From contig DAIDHK010000003.1 of NCBI GenBank assembly GCA_027459725.1, forward strand, positions 931 through 64,930: 64,000 nt of DNA, read 5' to 3'. Made by a program: the position numbers and the translations under genes. The notes under the pieces were generated by a model. That model saw only the letters and a program-made list of their open reading frames with translations. It was not told where the DNA came from and ran no database searches. Below are positions 16,500-26,246 of the stretch, in pieces. The stretch is from Candidatus Levyibacteriota bacterium (GTDB lineage: Bacteria; Patescibacteriota; Microgenomatia; Levybacterales; UBA12049). Numbering within the stretch: the first letter of the stretch is position 1; each line of letters starts with the position of its first letter.

Positions 16500-18041
16500 A
16501 TGAACAAATCTATTAAGCAATGTTTATCATTTATAAAAAAGCATATCTATCTCATCTTGTTAATTAGCTTTTTCTCACTTTATACTCTGGAGGGCATTTA
16601 TTTGCTCGATCCAGATTTCGGTTGGCACTTACGTTTTGGTGAAATAGTATTACAAACCCACAGTGTCCCCTTAAAAGATCTATTTTCATATACCATGCCA
16701 AGCTATGACTTCATTAATCATGAATGGTTTTCAGACGTTATTATCGCCGTTATTTACCATTTAACCGGACTTGTAGGAGTAGCTATATTTTTTGGACTAT
16801 TCGTCACTATTGGACTTGGAGTAGTAGTTAACATTGCCCAAAAGAAAGATAAGATTGGTTTCTGGCTGTCACTTTTAACTATGGTCGCTGTAACAATGGT
16901 GCAATTTGCCGGCATTCGCCCACAAGCTTTAAGCTGGACATTCTTTGTTTTAGTCTGGTATTTGTTGGATATCTCAAAAAATAAATGGCGCTTTATAATC
17001 TTGCCTATCATTTTCCTCATCTGGGCTAATCTGCACGCCGCCTTTGCTTTAGGGTTATTTCTATTTTTTGTTGCTGTCATCAATTCTTTGCTTAAAAAAG
17101 ATAGAAGCAGTATTTATCTGTTAATCTCCTTCATCATATCGACCGGGGCTACCTTGATTAACCCTTATGGATTTAAATTATGGCAAGAAGTCATTCTCAC
17201 CTCAGCTTCCCCGCAAATCTCCACTGTTGAAGAATGGACGCCAAGTTTCACCCACATTATCTTTCCCATGTGGCTATTTATTGATTTCTCATTAATTCTC
17301 CTCTGGTTCAACAGATCTAACGTAGCTAAGAAAAATATTTTTTTACTAACTGTTATTGGCATACTTTTTTTAGTAGGCATACGACAGGCTCCGCTATTTA
17401 TGTTGTTTTTATTACCTTTAGCAATTGAGGCAGTGAATGATTTCATTGACCAGGCAAAAAAATATCAGTATGCCATTAAACGCCTAAAAGTTGCATCACT
17501 AATAGTAACTATCATCACTGTTGTTTTCTGTATTATTACCTTATGGCCTCTGGAATCCAGCTTATGGAAAAGCGGATTTAACATCCAAAAAAGTATTTCA
17601 TTAACTTACCCAAGCACTTCTGTCAAATATTTAAAAACTCACCCATTTAAAGGCAATTATTATTCAATATATAACTGGGGTGGTTATTTGATCTGGCAAC
17701 TCCCTAACAAAAAAGACTTCATAGATGGTCGTATGCCTACCTGGATTAATCCCAATGCACCCAAAAATGAAAGCAAAAATGCATTGCAGGATTTTCTCAA
17801 GATAGACAATCCAAAAATACTGGACAAAACAATTCATAAGTATCATATAACCACCCTAATAATCGCACCATTGAAACAATCTGTTCCTCAATGCTGGTGG
17901 CTGCAAAACTGGTGTAATCAAGTCATCAAGCAAAGAAATAAGCAAAATCAGCCACTTGAAACTTATCTCCATATTCATCACTGGCATGAGCTAATACACG
18001 ACAAAGTCTCAGTTGTTTATCAGTTATCTGTTAGTCAGTAA
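16500..18041 (+). CDS. polytopic membrane protein, possibly a GT-C-fold glycosyltransferase (PMT/ArnT/YfhO-like), 513 aa
   Basis: About 11-12 TM helices plus a C-terminal soluble domain. An acidic loop 'LDPDFGWHLRFGE' follows TM1. It starts 4 bp after the previous gene. Confidence 0.4.
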   Translation: MNKSIKQCLSFIKKHIYLILLISFFSLYTLEGIYLLDPDFGWHLRFGEIVLQTHSVPLKDLFSYTMPSYDFINHEWFSDVIIAVIYHLTGLVGVAIFFGLFVTIGLGVVVNIAQKKDKIGFWLSLLTMVAVTMVQFAGIRPQALSWTFFVLVWYLLDISKNKWRFIILPIIFLIWANLHAAFALGLFLFFVAVINSLLKKDRSSIYLLISFIISTGATLINPYGFKLWQEVILTSASPQISTVEEWTPSFTHIIFPMWLFIDFSLILLWFNRSNVAKKNIFLLTVIGILFLVGIRQAPLFMLFLLPLAIEAVNDFIDQAKKYQYAIKRLKVASLIVTIITVVFCIITLWPLESSLWKSGFNIQKSISLTYPSTSVKYLKTHPFKGNYYSIYNWGGYLIWQLPNKKDFIDGRMPTWINPNAPKNESKNALQDFLKIDNPKILDKTIHKYHITTLIIAPLKQSVPQCWWLQNWCNQVIKQRNKQNQPLETYLHIHHWHELIHDKVSVVYQLSVSQ

Positions 18042-18097
18042 GTTATACATTGACCTCTTGACAAGTCTGTGTAATTTTAACTAGAGTATAAATAGAT

Positions 18098-18532
18098 ATG
18101 AAATTTGACTTGAAAAAATCATCGCTTTTTGCCTCTACTTTCGTGACACTAGGTGCGCTTACTACTGTTTCTTCATTTGCTGCAGGTACTGATAATGCTA
18201 TCAGCATTTGTCCTGCCGGTTCAGCTTTCTCAGGAGTCTGTAACTTTAACACTAGTACACTCTTAGGTAGTGTTATCAATGTCGTCTTCGTTATCGCTAT
18301 CTTAATCGCCCTCTTCTTCCTGATCTATGGCGGTATCCGTTGGATTATCTCCCAGGGTAATAAGGAAAAGGTTAATGGTGCTCGTGATATGTTAATCGCT
18401 GCTTTAGTAGGTTTGATTGTTGTCTTCCTCTCCTACTTCCTACTCGGTCTGGTCATACAGTTGTTATTTGGTCAGTCAACACAAAATCTGTTAAATTCAG
18501 TTACTACTAACGGTATCTTTAATACGAAATAA
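18098..18532 (+). CDS. VirB2/TrbC-like pilin-family protein, paralog 2 (144 aa)
   Basis: Signal peptide ending '...SSFAAG'. Cys pair 'CPAGSAFSGVC'. Hydrophobic hairpin 'VINVVFVIAILIALFFLIYGGIRWIISQGNKEKVNGARDMLIAALVGLIVVFLSYFLLGLVIQLLF'. Confidence 0.6.
   Translation: MKFDLKKSSLFASTFVTLGALTTVSSFAAGTDNAISICPAGSAFSGVCNFNTSTLLGSVINVVFVIAILIALFFLIYGGIRWIISQGNKEKVNGARDMLIAALVGLIVVFLSYFLLGLVIQLLFGQSTQNLLNSVTTNGIFNTK
18206..18474 (+). repeat. copy A of a 269-bp near-identical segment (2 mismatches) shared by the tandem pilin genes
   Basis: Direct comparison of 18206..18474 with 18739..19007. They differ only at A/G 18366 vs 18899 and A/G 18466 vs 18999. Confidence 0.85.
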
Positions 18533-18636
18533 ATAGTTCTTAATGCTCTCCTCCTTTTAGTCTCATTTCCTAATTTCTGTTTTTAGAGTCAACCATTGAC
18601 AAATCATATTGGCTGCGTTTAAAGTATTAATATACC

Positions 18637-19206
18637 ATGAAAATAAGTATTAAAAGATTTGCCACCGGTTTAATCAGCATTAGTAGTTTAGTTGCCTTTT
18701 CAGCTACTCCAGCATTTGCAGGCGGTAATGTTGTTAGTATTTGTCCTGCCGGTTCAGCTTTCTCAGGAGTCTGTAACTTTAACACTAGTACACTCTTAGG
18801 TAGTGTTATCAATGTCGTCTTCGTTATCGCTATCTTAATCGCCCTCTTCTTCCTGATCTATGGCGGTATCCGTTGGATTATCTCCCAGGGTAATAAGGAG
18901 AAGGTTAATGGTGCTCGTGATATGTTAATCGCTGCTTTAGTAGGTTTGATTGTTGTCTTCCTCTCCTACTTCCTACTCGGTCTGGTCATACAGTTGTTGT
19001 TTGGTCAAACTACTCAGAACTTACTTAACTCTGTTACAAGTAATGGAATATTTAATAGCGGAGTTACTAATTCTCAGTCTCTTCCTTCTTGTTCATCCTA
19101 TTGTCCTAACACAAGTACATGTCTGGCAAATAATGTAAATGCTAGTGCTTATCAAGGGTGTATAACAAACTGCGAAACTAACCACGGTGGAGGTCAATGT
19201 AATTAA
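18637..19206 (+). CDS. VirB2/TrbC-like pilin-family protein, paralog 3 (189 aa), with a divergent N-terminus and an extra Cys-rich C-terminal tail
   Basis: The core is identical to paralog 2. The C-terminal extension 'PSCSSYCPNTSTCLANNVNASAYQGCITNCETNHGGGQCN' contains 7 cysteines. Confidence 0.6.
   Translation: MKISIKRFATGLISISSLVAFSATPAFAGGNVVSICPAGSAFSGVCNFNTSTLLGSVINVVFVIAILIALFFLIYGGIRWIISQGNKEKVNGARDMLIAALVGLIVVFLSYFLLGLVIQLLFGQTTQNLLNSVTSNGIFNSGVTNSQSLPSCSSYCPNTSTCLANNVNASAYQGCITNCETNHGGGQCN
18739..19007 (+). repeat. copy B of the 269-bp near-identical pilin core segment
   Basis: See copy A. The mirrored spurious antisense ORFs in the track (18043..18279 and 18627..18812, both starting MITLPKSVLVLKLQTPEKAEPAGQ) also reveal the duplication. 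Confidence 0.85.
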
Positions 19207-19253
19207 TTGACTAGTTTATTGTTTCTAACAAATACTTCTGCTAGATTATCTAT

Positions 19254-19610
19254 ATGGACTGGAATAATTGTCTGCAGAATGTAACAGATTCTTCAAATAA
19301 AGTGGTTGGCCAAGCTGCCACATTAAACTGTGTACCCGTACTCTTCTCTAACTTAGTCAATGCTGCGTTTGTCTTTGCTGGTAGTGTTGCAGTCATCTTT
19401 ATTATTTGGTCAGGAATTCAATATATAATGTCAGGTGGGGACCCTAAAAAGGCCGAGGGCGCGAAGAAAACATTAACCTGGTCTATCATAGGACTTTTAC
19501 TCATTGTCTTCTCTGTGGCGATTATAAACATCCTAGCAACCATTACAGGCGCTCATTGCATCACTATGTTTGGATTTAACAACTGTCAGACCAATATCGC
19601 AGGCAATTAG
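19254..19610 (+). CDS. VirB2/TrbC-like pilin-family protein, paralog 4 (118 aa)
   Basis: 'LVNAAFVFAGSVAVIFIIWSGIQYIMSGGDPKKAEGAKKTLTWSIIGLLLIVFSVAIINILATI' shows the same helix-basic loop-helix pattern. There are Cys residues in the leader and the tail. Confidence 0.5.
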   Translation: MDWNNCLQNVTDSSNKVVGQAATLNCVPVLFSNLVNAAFVFAGSVAVIFIIWSGIQYIMSGGDPKKAEGAKKTLTWSIIGLLLIVFSVAIINILATITGAHCITMFGFNNCQTNIAGN

Positions 19611-19629
19611 TGGCCAGGCGTGTTATTCT

Positions 19630-19995
19630 TTAATTCTGCGCATTTCCTTCGCTCTTAATTATTTTATTCAATTCTTCTTTTGTTACTGACAAGTCTGAAT
19701 CATCTTTTATGCTCATTAAATATTGATCAAAAGACTGCTGTGTCTGCTTAAGAACATCTGGATAAAGATCTCCTTCCATTTTACGCTTCCCATCTTTAAT
19801 TTCTTCCATAGCAATTTGTAAGTTAGTCTGTACCTGCATTTCAAATAAAGAGTCGTAAGTTGTCCAGAGAATCTGATCCACAACATAATGCTCTGATTCA
19901 TCCATCGTGTCATATTTGGTCGCTAGTTCCTCCTGAAAGCTTTTTTCAAAAGGTAAAAGTTTGATTAAATCTTTCGTTTTATGTGCTTTGTCCAT
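19630..19995 (-). CDS. hypothetical acidic cytoplasmic protein, 121 aa
   Basis: ORF immediately downstream (minus strand) of the 1073-aa gene, with 5-bp spacing. Confidence 0.45.
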   Translation of the reverse strand: MDKAHKTKDLIKLLPFEKSFQEELATKYDTMDESEHYVVDQILWTTYDSLFEMQVQTNLQIAMEEIKDGKRKMEGDLYPDVLKQTQQSFDQYLMSIKDDSDLSVTKEELNKIIKSEGNAQN

Positions 19996-20000
19996 AGTTT

Positions 20001-23000
20001 TTATGCCGCACGTGAATTATCCAACGCTTGGGCACCAATATAATTAATCGCTCGGATAAAAAATCTTCGCATATGATGTGGGTCTACTGACCCACTTCTA
20101 GTCGCTGTATTCAAGGCCGTAAGGACTTGTGCTATATCACCTTGCACAGCAGGTGCTAAATTCAACTGGGCCGTTTCATTTAACATTTCCGCCATTCTTT
20201 CTGGTGGTAATACATGCGTCAACCATACCACATCATTGGAACTACTCAGTACTCTTAGCATATCAAAATATCCCCTTGGTAAAGTTCTTAAATGACCATC
20301 TCTCAACATCTCAGCGTATACAGGATTATTGTTAGGTAAAGTCGAGGTGTCAAATACATAGTCCGCATCAGGCTTCCCACCAGCGGCATCACGAATATAG
20401 CGTAAAATTAGATCTGCCTTTCCATCACTGAGAATTATCGGCAATTCATCACACAAATGACCTGCATGCGTCAGATGATCCGTTATCTCTCTCATATCGT
20501 CAGTAGAATTCTTGCGCTCTCTCAGTCTGGTCACTATATTTTCTCTTTCGCTGGCTTCCCTATTAATGATCCCCAGACGTACATTATAAATATTGTTTCT
20601 ATAATCAGTAATTACTGCTTGAATTAAATTGATATTATTAGTTCTTGCTGTAGGAGTGGGTGCCCCCGTAAATGGATCCAAACTTGCATCCCACCCTGTA
20701 ACTGGCGCCACAACATTTACACTTACATAAATATCATCATATATTTCATCAGCAGTATGAGTTATAAAATCATTATCCCAAACTTGAAAATCTCGAAGCT
20801 GTATTCTATTTTGCAAGATACCGGCTCTAGGAGCGGCAGATCGATCCGGTTCGATATTCAAAGCTCTTTCTTCTATACGAGCATGCTCAAGGTTACGACG
20901 AATATCTGCATTTGGTGACCACCCCATCTCTGTTACAGCAATATGATTTAGATTAGGTGGAAGAGGCACGGTAGTATTGTTCCAGCCAAAGGTGCCAAAA
21001 CGAGTGCGAATAGTGTGTATAAAGTTGAGCCTTGCTGTTATTTGCTGAGGATCTAATGAGCGAATATCGATATTTGCTCTCCAATAAGTGGGGACTGCTG
21101 GAGGAGGAACATTTGGTACGGTATTAAAGTCTGTTGTCCATTGATTATTTGGCCCGCTTATTACATTAACTAATTCAGCTGGTAATGTTCCACCTGATAT
21201 TAAGGTTCTTAAATGTGCGATAAATGCATTAGCATATAACATTTGCACCTCCAGATTATCTCTTTCACTTTCCAAACTACTAAGTACCCTACGCTCCGCA
21301 GACACAATATCTGCTCCATTACTTAAAGCATCCAGCTTGCTATTAATTTTATTTCGTAATTCTACTAATCTATCATATCGAGTCTGATCCTCCTCTTTAT
21401 CTCTCCTTACTTCTGCCATACCTGCTTCATAGATAGCATTAACCTCTTCATTTATTGTCTGTCTAGCACTTTCAGCTGCCTTGCCTGAAACTGTAACCAA
21501 ACCGAATCTTCTATTTCTCTCCCTTTCTCTAGTCACTCTTAAGTCAGCAACTCTACCTGCAAAAGATGTAGGTCCAGTATCAACGTTGAGTACTCTGTGC
21601 AATCTATTTATCTCTGCATTTAGGTCTATTAAAGAGTTATACCCAAACTCTTGTGTGACCGCTTCTCGTGCCGCATTGAGCTCGCCTACTGCATCAGAAT
21701 ATGCCTTCAGCGCATCTCGATCCCCTTTCATGACATTTGCCTCCTCCTCTATAGCTTTGGCTTGTCTCTCAATTTGTTCATCTCTCTCTTGTTTCAGCTT
21801 GCCCCCTTCGATCGCTTCTAAGCGAGCTTTTATGGCTTTCGGACCCACCTCAGCTAATTTGGCTCTTTGCTCCGCCACCAAACTCTTGGTGGCAAAAAAT
21901 AGCATGGTTTCTTGCTTGGCCTTGGCCATCCGCTTCAAGCTTTCCACCATATCAATATGGTTCCTATCAAAATTGTTATTAGGTACCCACTTTCCACCTA
22001 CCTCGTGCATAGGTGATACATATTTAAATGCACCACGAGGAGGAGGGTTACTGTGGCGGGATACGATACCTGCCCTATTAGGATTCCAGCGTCGGGTAAA
22101 TTCTTGTTGCCAATGTGTCCCAAGCTGTTCAGTAGAACCATCTAGATAGGCATAAATGGCTTGTTCAGGACTGGCATCTAATTTTTCGGTGGGTACACCC
22201 AAAGCCTCATAAAATTCTCTACGGATCTCAATACCATTCAAAACACTATCTTGCAAATCTTGCACATCAACCGTGCTCTCGGGGACGAATTGATTTTTAT
22301 TTCTGTTTTGGCGCAGTCTAGTAATCATTCCACCGGCCATATTATAATCATTGACATCTATACCAAAAGCCGCCTTTACATAAGCTGCTTCCGCTGGATC
22401 CACCTGGACATATCGGAAAGCATCTCGACAAAACTTCAGCTGATCGACATCACCATTGCGGATTGCCCAGGCAATGGGCTCGTAAATTCCTCTCACCGCA
22501 TCAATACCTACCCCAGCTACCCCTATGGCAGCGGCTCCAAAAGCCACAGCAGGCACACCTCCGGCAGCATACAATCCCACACCACCTCCAGCCACACCAA
22601 CCAACCCAGCTACTTTGGCGATCTTCTCATTGACGGGATTTGGCAACCAGCGGAAAAATTTATTTAAAAAACCTTGTCGCCTACCGGTCACAGCCAAAAT
22701 CTCATTGGCTATTCTTCTTCGTTCACCTGCTGGCAAATGGACTGCCACTTGTCCCAATGCAAAAGCTCTATACTTGGTTCTTTCTTCTCTCAGAGCCGTA
22801 ACGGCCATTAAATGATCAGGGTCCTTCAGATATTCCTTGATTTTTTTCTCATCTATGACTTGATTGCCGGCATTGTCGGTGGTGACAATAGCCTCGAGCA
22901 TTGCATTTTCACCGGGGTGATTTTGGGCTGAAACAACTGCCAATTGCGGATTGCTCTCACGCAACTTGAGCATACCTGTGGCGAAAGATCTCAATAATCT

Positions 23001-23222
23001 AAAATATTCTTTTCTAACTTTTTCTGGAATATGGACCTCTTCTGAAACTTCTTTTTCTGTGGATTTGTGTGTTCTTGCATCTCTAGTACGACTGGAGTCA
23101 TCATCAATGAAAAATTCAGACCTATTGATCAACAAGCCGCCCTCTTCTTGCTTATGCTCACCTATCTTTTGTTTTTTCTTGCCACCTTCAAGGGCAGCAT
23201 CTAAACTTACTTCCGATGACAT
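20001..23222 (-). CDS. large hypothetical protein, 1073 aa, with one Gly/Ala-rich hydrophobic hairpin
   Basis: 3.2-kb ORF. A segment 'KVAGLVGVAGGGVGLYAAGGVPAVAFGAAAIGVAGVGIDAV' (glycine-zipper-like) lies about 200 aa from the N-terminus. No P-loop. Confidence 0.6.
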   Translation of the reverse strand: MSSEVSLDAALEGGKKKQKIGEHKQEEGGLLINRSEFFIDDDSSRTRDARTHKSTEKEVSEEVHIPEKVRKEYFRLLRSFATGMLKLRESNPQLAVVSAQNHPGENAMLEAIVTTDNAGNQVIDEKKIKEYLKDPDHLMAVTALREERTKYRAFALGQVAVHLPAGERRRIANEILAVTGRRQGFLNKFFRWLPNPVNEKIAKVAGLVGVAGGGVGLYAAGGVPAVAFGAAAIGVAGVGIDAVRGIYEPIAWAIRNGDVDQLKFCRDAFRYVQVDPAEAAYVKAAFGIDVNDYNMAGGMITRLRQNRNKNQFVPESTVDVQDLQDSVLNGIEIRREFYEALGVPTEKLDASPEQAIYAYLDGSTEQLGTHWQQEFTRRWNPNRAGIVSRHSNPPPRGAFKYVSPMHEVGGKWVPNNNFDRNHIDMVESLKRMAKAKQETMLFFATKSLVAEQRAKLAEVGPKAIKARLEAIEGGKLKQERDEQIERQAKAIEEEANVMKGDRDALKAYSDAVGELNAAREAVTQEFGYNSLIDLNAEINRLHRVLNVDTGPTSFAGRVADLRVTRERERNRRFGLVTVSGKAAESARQTINEEVNAIYEAGMAEVRRDKEEDQTRYDRLVELRNKINSKLDALSNGADIVSAERRVLSSLESERDNLEVQMLYANAFIAHLRTLISGGTLPAELVNVISGPNNQWTTDFNTVPNVPPPAVPTYWRANIDIRSLDPQQITARLNFIHTIRTRFGTFGWNNTTVPLPPNLNHIAVTEMGWSPNADIRRNLEHARIEERALNIEPDRSAAPRAGILQNRIQLRDFQVWDNDFITHTADEIYDDIYVSVNVVAPVTGWDASLDPFTGAPTPTARTNNINLIQAVITDYRNNIYNVRLGIINREASERENIVTRLRERKNSTDDMREITDHLTHAGHLCDELPIILSDGKADLILRYIRDAAGGKPDADYVFDTSTLPNNNPVYAEMLRDGHLRTLPRGYFDMLRVLSSSNDVVWLTHVLPPERMAEMLNETAQLNLAPAVQGDIAQVLTALNTATRSGSVDPHHMRRFFIRAINYIGAQALDNSRAA

Positions 23223-23261
23223 ATATAAAAATGGTAATTGATTTGAAGTATTTATTCAAGT

Positions 23262-24563
23262 ATGCTCAGATATATGGCGGATACAGAAGTAACAGCTGAA
23301 GTCGCGGATGCTACTGGGGCAGCACCTGTCGCTCCTACTGCAGAGGAAGCAGTGACAACTGAACCTAAACAAAAAGAACAGGCTGAAGAGGTGGTCTCTA
23401 AAGAAGTTTCTTTGAGCCAACAAAAAAATGAAGCGCGCCTAGTCACTAATCTGGTAATTTCGCGAGCTATCGATAGAGCGAAGGAGAAGCAACGTAAATT
23501 AAATTCTCCCATAGACGGTGAAGAAAGCCCCGCACCCCTCACAGAAGCAGATCAATCTTTCCTGTCTATAAATGCTCTGAAAACAGCGGGAATTTCGGTA
23601 GATGAAAATGGAGAAGAAGTAATAACCGAGCTTAACTACACTACAGCTGAAAATCCTTACGGTAGAAAAATCGATAGTAGTAAAAGACCTATAAATGTCG
23701 TAACTGACGAAGGGACATTCATTATTCGTAGTATAAAAAGAATTAATGGGCAAGATTTCACCTGCATGTGCTCTGATGCTAAACGGCCCACTCAGCAAGA
23801 GGAAAAAATATTTAAGCGAAACACAATTGTAGAAGGCCAGATCAGAGCAGAAGCAGAAATAATAATCCCAGCTATTACAGATAAGGAAGGCGATGTCTTA
23901 GCATTATCTATGGGCATGTTGGAGGCTGATGCAGATGAAAGGAATGATATTATAGAGTCCGCTGCCAAGTCGGTTGGACTAATAACCTCAGAATCAATGA
24001 TTTCTACAATAGAAAGATTCAAAAAAGAAAATCCAAATTTACCCCCCGAAACAAGTACCGATTTAGATGGACTTGTAAACACACTTAAAAAAAGCAATGT
24101 GGTGGACAAGGAGGCTATGGTTCGCATAGCTAATATCTTTTTAACAGATAAGGTTAAGAAATTATTAATAAACCAACAAGCAAGATTGTCTGAAGGCAAT
24201 AATCAAGCAGCCAGTAACATTGGGGAACAAATAAGTATGTGGAATAGCCTTACAAGTGGAGAAAATAACTTAATTGAAAGATACTTTAACAAAGTTGAGA
24301 AAGGTGAGGTCTCAGAAGAAGGATTAAGATCTATTAACAGATTATTAGTCAATGGTGATGTATCCAATTTCCTAGAAGAACTTCAGACAAGAATAAAAAA
24401 TGATCCCAGCCTGACACCAGAGGAGAGAGAGGAAAAAACAAAAATGCTAAACTATTATAATGAAACACCTGGAGAGGGGTTGGTATCTCTTTTTGGAGCC
24501 ATAGCTCTAGAAGTCCTTTTAGAAGTTGGAAAGAGCGTAGTAGCGGGACAAAAGGCAGCATAA
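23262..24563 (+). CDS. hypothetical acidic protein, 433 aa
   Basis: Long ORF divergent from the 1073-aa gene with a 39-bp spacer. No motif recognised. Confidence 0.5.
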   Translation: MLRYMADTEVTAEVADATGAAPVAPTAEEAVTTEPKQKEQAEEVVSKEVSLSQQKNEARLVTNLVISRAIDRAKEKQRKLNSPIDGEESPAPLTEADQSFLSINALKTAGISVDENGEEVITELNYTTAENPYGRKIDSSKRPINVVTDEGTFIIRSIKRINGQDFTCMCSDAKRPTQQEEKIFKRNTIVEGQIRAEAEIIIPAITDKEGDVLALSMGMLEADADERNDIIESAAKSVGLITSESMISTIERFKKENPNLPPETSTDLDGLVNTLKKSNVVDKEAMVRIANIFLTDKVKKLLINQQARLSEGNNQAASNIGEQISMWNSLTSGENNLIERYFNKVEKGEVSEEGLRSINRLLVNGDVSNFLEELQTRIKNDPSLTPEEREEKTKMLNYYNETPGEGLVSLFGAIALEVLLEVGKSVVAGQKAA

Positions 24564-24669
24564 AAACTTTTCACAAAATTTGGCACCACTTAGGCCTATA
24601 TTTGACCCACTTTGATAATCTTGAACACAGATTTTTCACGTTATACACTTTTTGTAGGAGTGAGATACT

Positions 24670-26241
24670 ATGGAAAGCAATCATCCTATACCACAAGATG
24701 TCACAGGATTTCAGTTTAAGTTAATCGGCGCGATGACGGTTAAGCAATTTTTGTATCTGGCTGTACCCTCGGTAGTGGCTTGGGTATTCTATTCAGCACC
24801 TTTTTTACCCTGGTTTGTTAAGTATCCAATAATTCTATTCTTAGCCATCGGCGCAGTAGTTATGGCTTTTTTACCTATTGAAGGTCGTCCGGCTGATGTA
24901 ATGTTAAAACACTTCTTCGAAGCGCTATTTGCGCCCAATCAGTTTATTTATCAGAAAACAGGACAAAAACTTGCCTTTACCACCATCTCTACTCAATCCG
25001 TACAGAAACGACCTGCAGTTAATCCACTTGCCCAGGCAGAACAAATCAAGACAAGACAGCTACAGGCATTACTACAATCATCTCAACATGAGAATCTGAT
25101 GGATGATCGTGAATCATCATTTATGCAAAAAGTTTCTTCTCTTATGCCACCCCCACCGGTAGTTAATCAAACAGCCAGCACCGGAGGCAAGGGTATTTTG
25201 CCTTTCCACTTACCACAAATATTCTCTCGACCACTGCCTTCTAAGCCGGTGCTTTCCAATTTTAAAATGGTAGATTTGGGCAATCAACCAGAACCAGAAA
25301 ATAAGCCCATTCCTGTCGATCAATCAAAAAAAGATGAGACAGAAAAAGTTACCCCCATAGTTGCATCTAACCCAGCACCAATTATGGTGTTACATCAAAC
25401 ACCCGAACCTAAAACCACCAATCTACCTATAGAACAGCCATCTATTATTCCCAATACGCCCATCACACAATCGACACCAATCCCGACAGTTAGCACTTCA
25501 ACTACTCCAGTAGCCTCACCATATCCCAAGCCAGAACCTTTGACTCAAGGTGTTAATCAAACCACCCTAAACTACGATGAGCAGCTGAAAAAGTTACAGT
25601 CTGAAAAAGAGAGAATGGAAAAGGAACTAGCTACATTGAGGAAACAACAGGAACAAACTCCGGTAAGCTCACCAGTTCCAGTCCCGCAAACTCATGTAGT
25701 AGATACTCCTGTTGTTACGCCACCTACTTCAGTCTCACTTGTTAATCAAACAACTGCCCCTACCTCCACTCAATCAACACCAGCACATCCTATGCAACCA
25801 GTTACTCCTGTTGTAGCTACTCCTACTCCTACTCCTACTACCCCAATCATGCCTAAAACTCCTGCTGGATATGAACCACCACATGTAGCTAAAATTCCAG
25901 CGGCAATGGCTAAAAACATGGGCCTACCAAGCATACCCGATTCTCCTAATTTAATTACCGGTATAGTACGTGATCCACGCGGGAATATTCTGCCAAATAT
26001 TTTGGTCGAAGTTAAAGATAAAGAAGGAAATCCAGTTAGAGCTTTCAAAACCAATCAACTCGGTCAGTTTGCATCAGCGACACCTTTACTAAATGGAACT
26101 TATACTATTAATTTTGAAGACTTAACAGGACAACATAAATTTGATGTTATTGAGATTATAGCCAAGGGTACAGTCTTATTACCTATTGGAGTGATCTCTC
26201 ACGATGCACGTGAAGAATTACGTAAAGCATTATTTTCTTAG
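24670..26241 (+). CDS. PrgI/TcpE (VirB3)-like membrane protein with a long Pro/Thr-rich extension and a C-terminal carboxypeptidase-regulatory-like beta-sandwich motif (523 aa)
   Basis: The N-terminus 'FQFKLIGAMTVKQFLYLAVPSVVAWVFY...PIEGRPADVMLKHFFEALFAPNQFIYQK' matches the PrgI-family pattern (F..K..G.mT.RQFlyl...GRP.D.wl..f...l..P..y.w.k). It sits directly upstream of VirB4. The C-terminal 'GIVRDPRGNILPNILVEVKDKEGNPV' is CarboxypepD_reg-like. Confidence 0.5.
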   Translation: MESNHPIPQDVTGFQFKLIGAMTVKQFLYLAVPSVVAWVFYSAPFLPWFVKYPIILFLAIGAVVMAFLPIEGRPADVMLKHFFEALFAPNQFIYQKTGQKLAFTTISTQSVQKRPAVNPLAQAEQIKTRQLQALLQSSQHENLMDDRESSFMQKVSSLMPPPPVVNQTASTGGKGILPFHLPQIFSRPLPSKPVLSNFKMVDLGNQPEPENKPIPVDQSKKDETEKVTPIVASNPAPIMVLHQTPEPKTTNLPIEQPSIIPNTPITQSTPIPTVSTSTTPVASPYPKPEPLTQGVNQTTLNYDEQLKKLQSEKERMEKELATLRKQQEQTPVSSPVPVPQTHVVDTPVVTPPTSVSLVNQTTAPTSTQSTPAHPMQPVTPVVATPTPTPTTPIMPKTPAGYEPPHVAKIPAAMAKNMGLPSIPDSPNLITGIVRDPRGNILPNILVEVKDKEGNPVRAFKTNQLGQFASATPLLNGTYTINFEDLTGQHKFDVIEIIAKGTVLLPIGVISHDAREELRKALFS

Positions 26242-26246
26242 TAACT

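Noticed and set aside
18043-18812. Minus-strand ORFs 18043..18279 and 18627..18812 (both begin MITLPKSVLVLKLQTPEKAEPAGQ)
   Set aside because: They are antisense shadows of the duplicated pilin core. Their near-identity simply reflects the 269-bp repeat, which was used as evidence for the duplication.
21481-22815. Plus-strand ORFs 21481..22149, 22251..22667 and 22525..22815 inside the 1073-aa minus-strand gene
   Set aside because: They are embedded in a single uninterrupted 3.2-kb ORF on the opposite strand. Their composition is low-complexity (Ser/Leu/Pro-rich).
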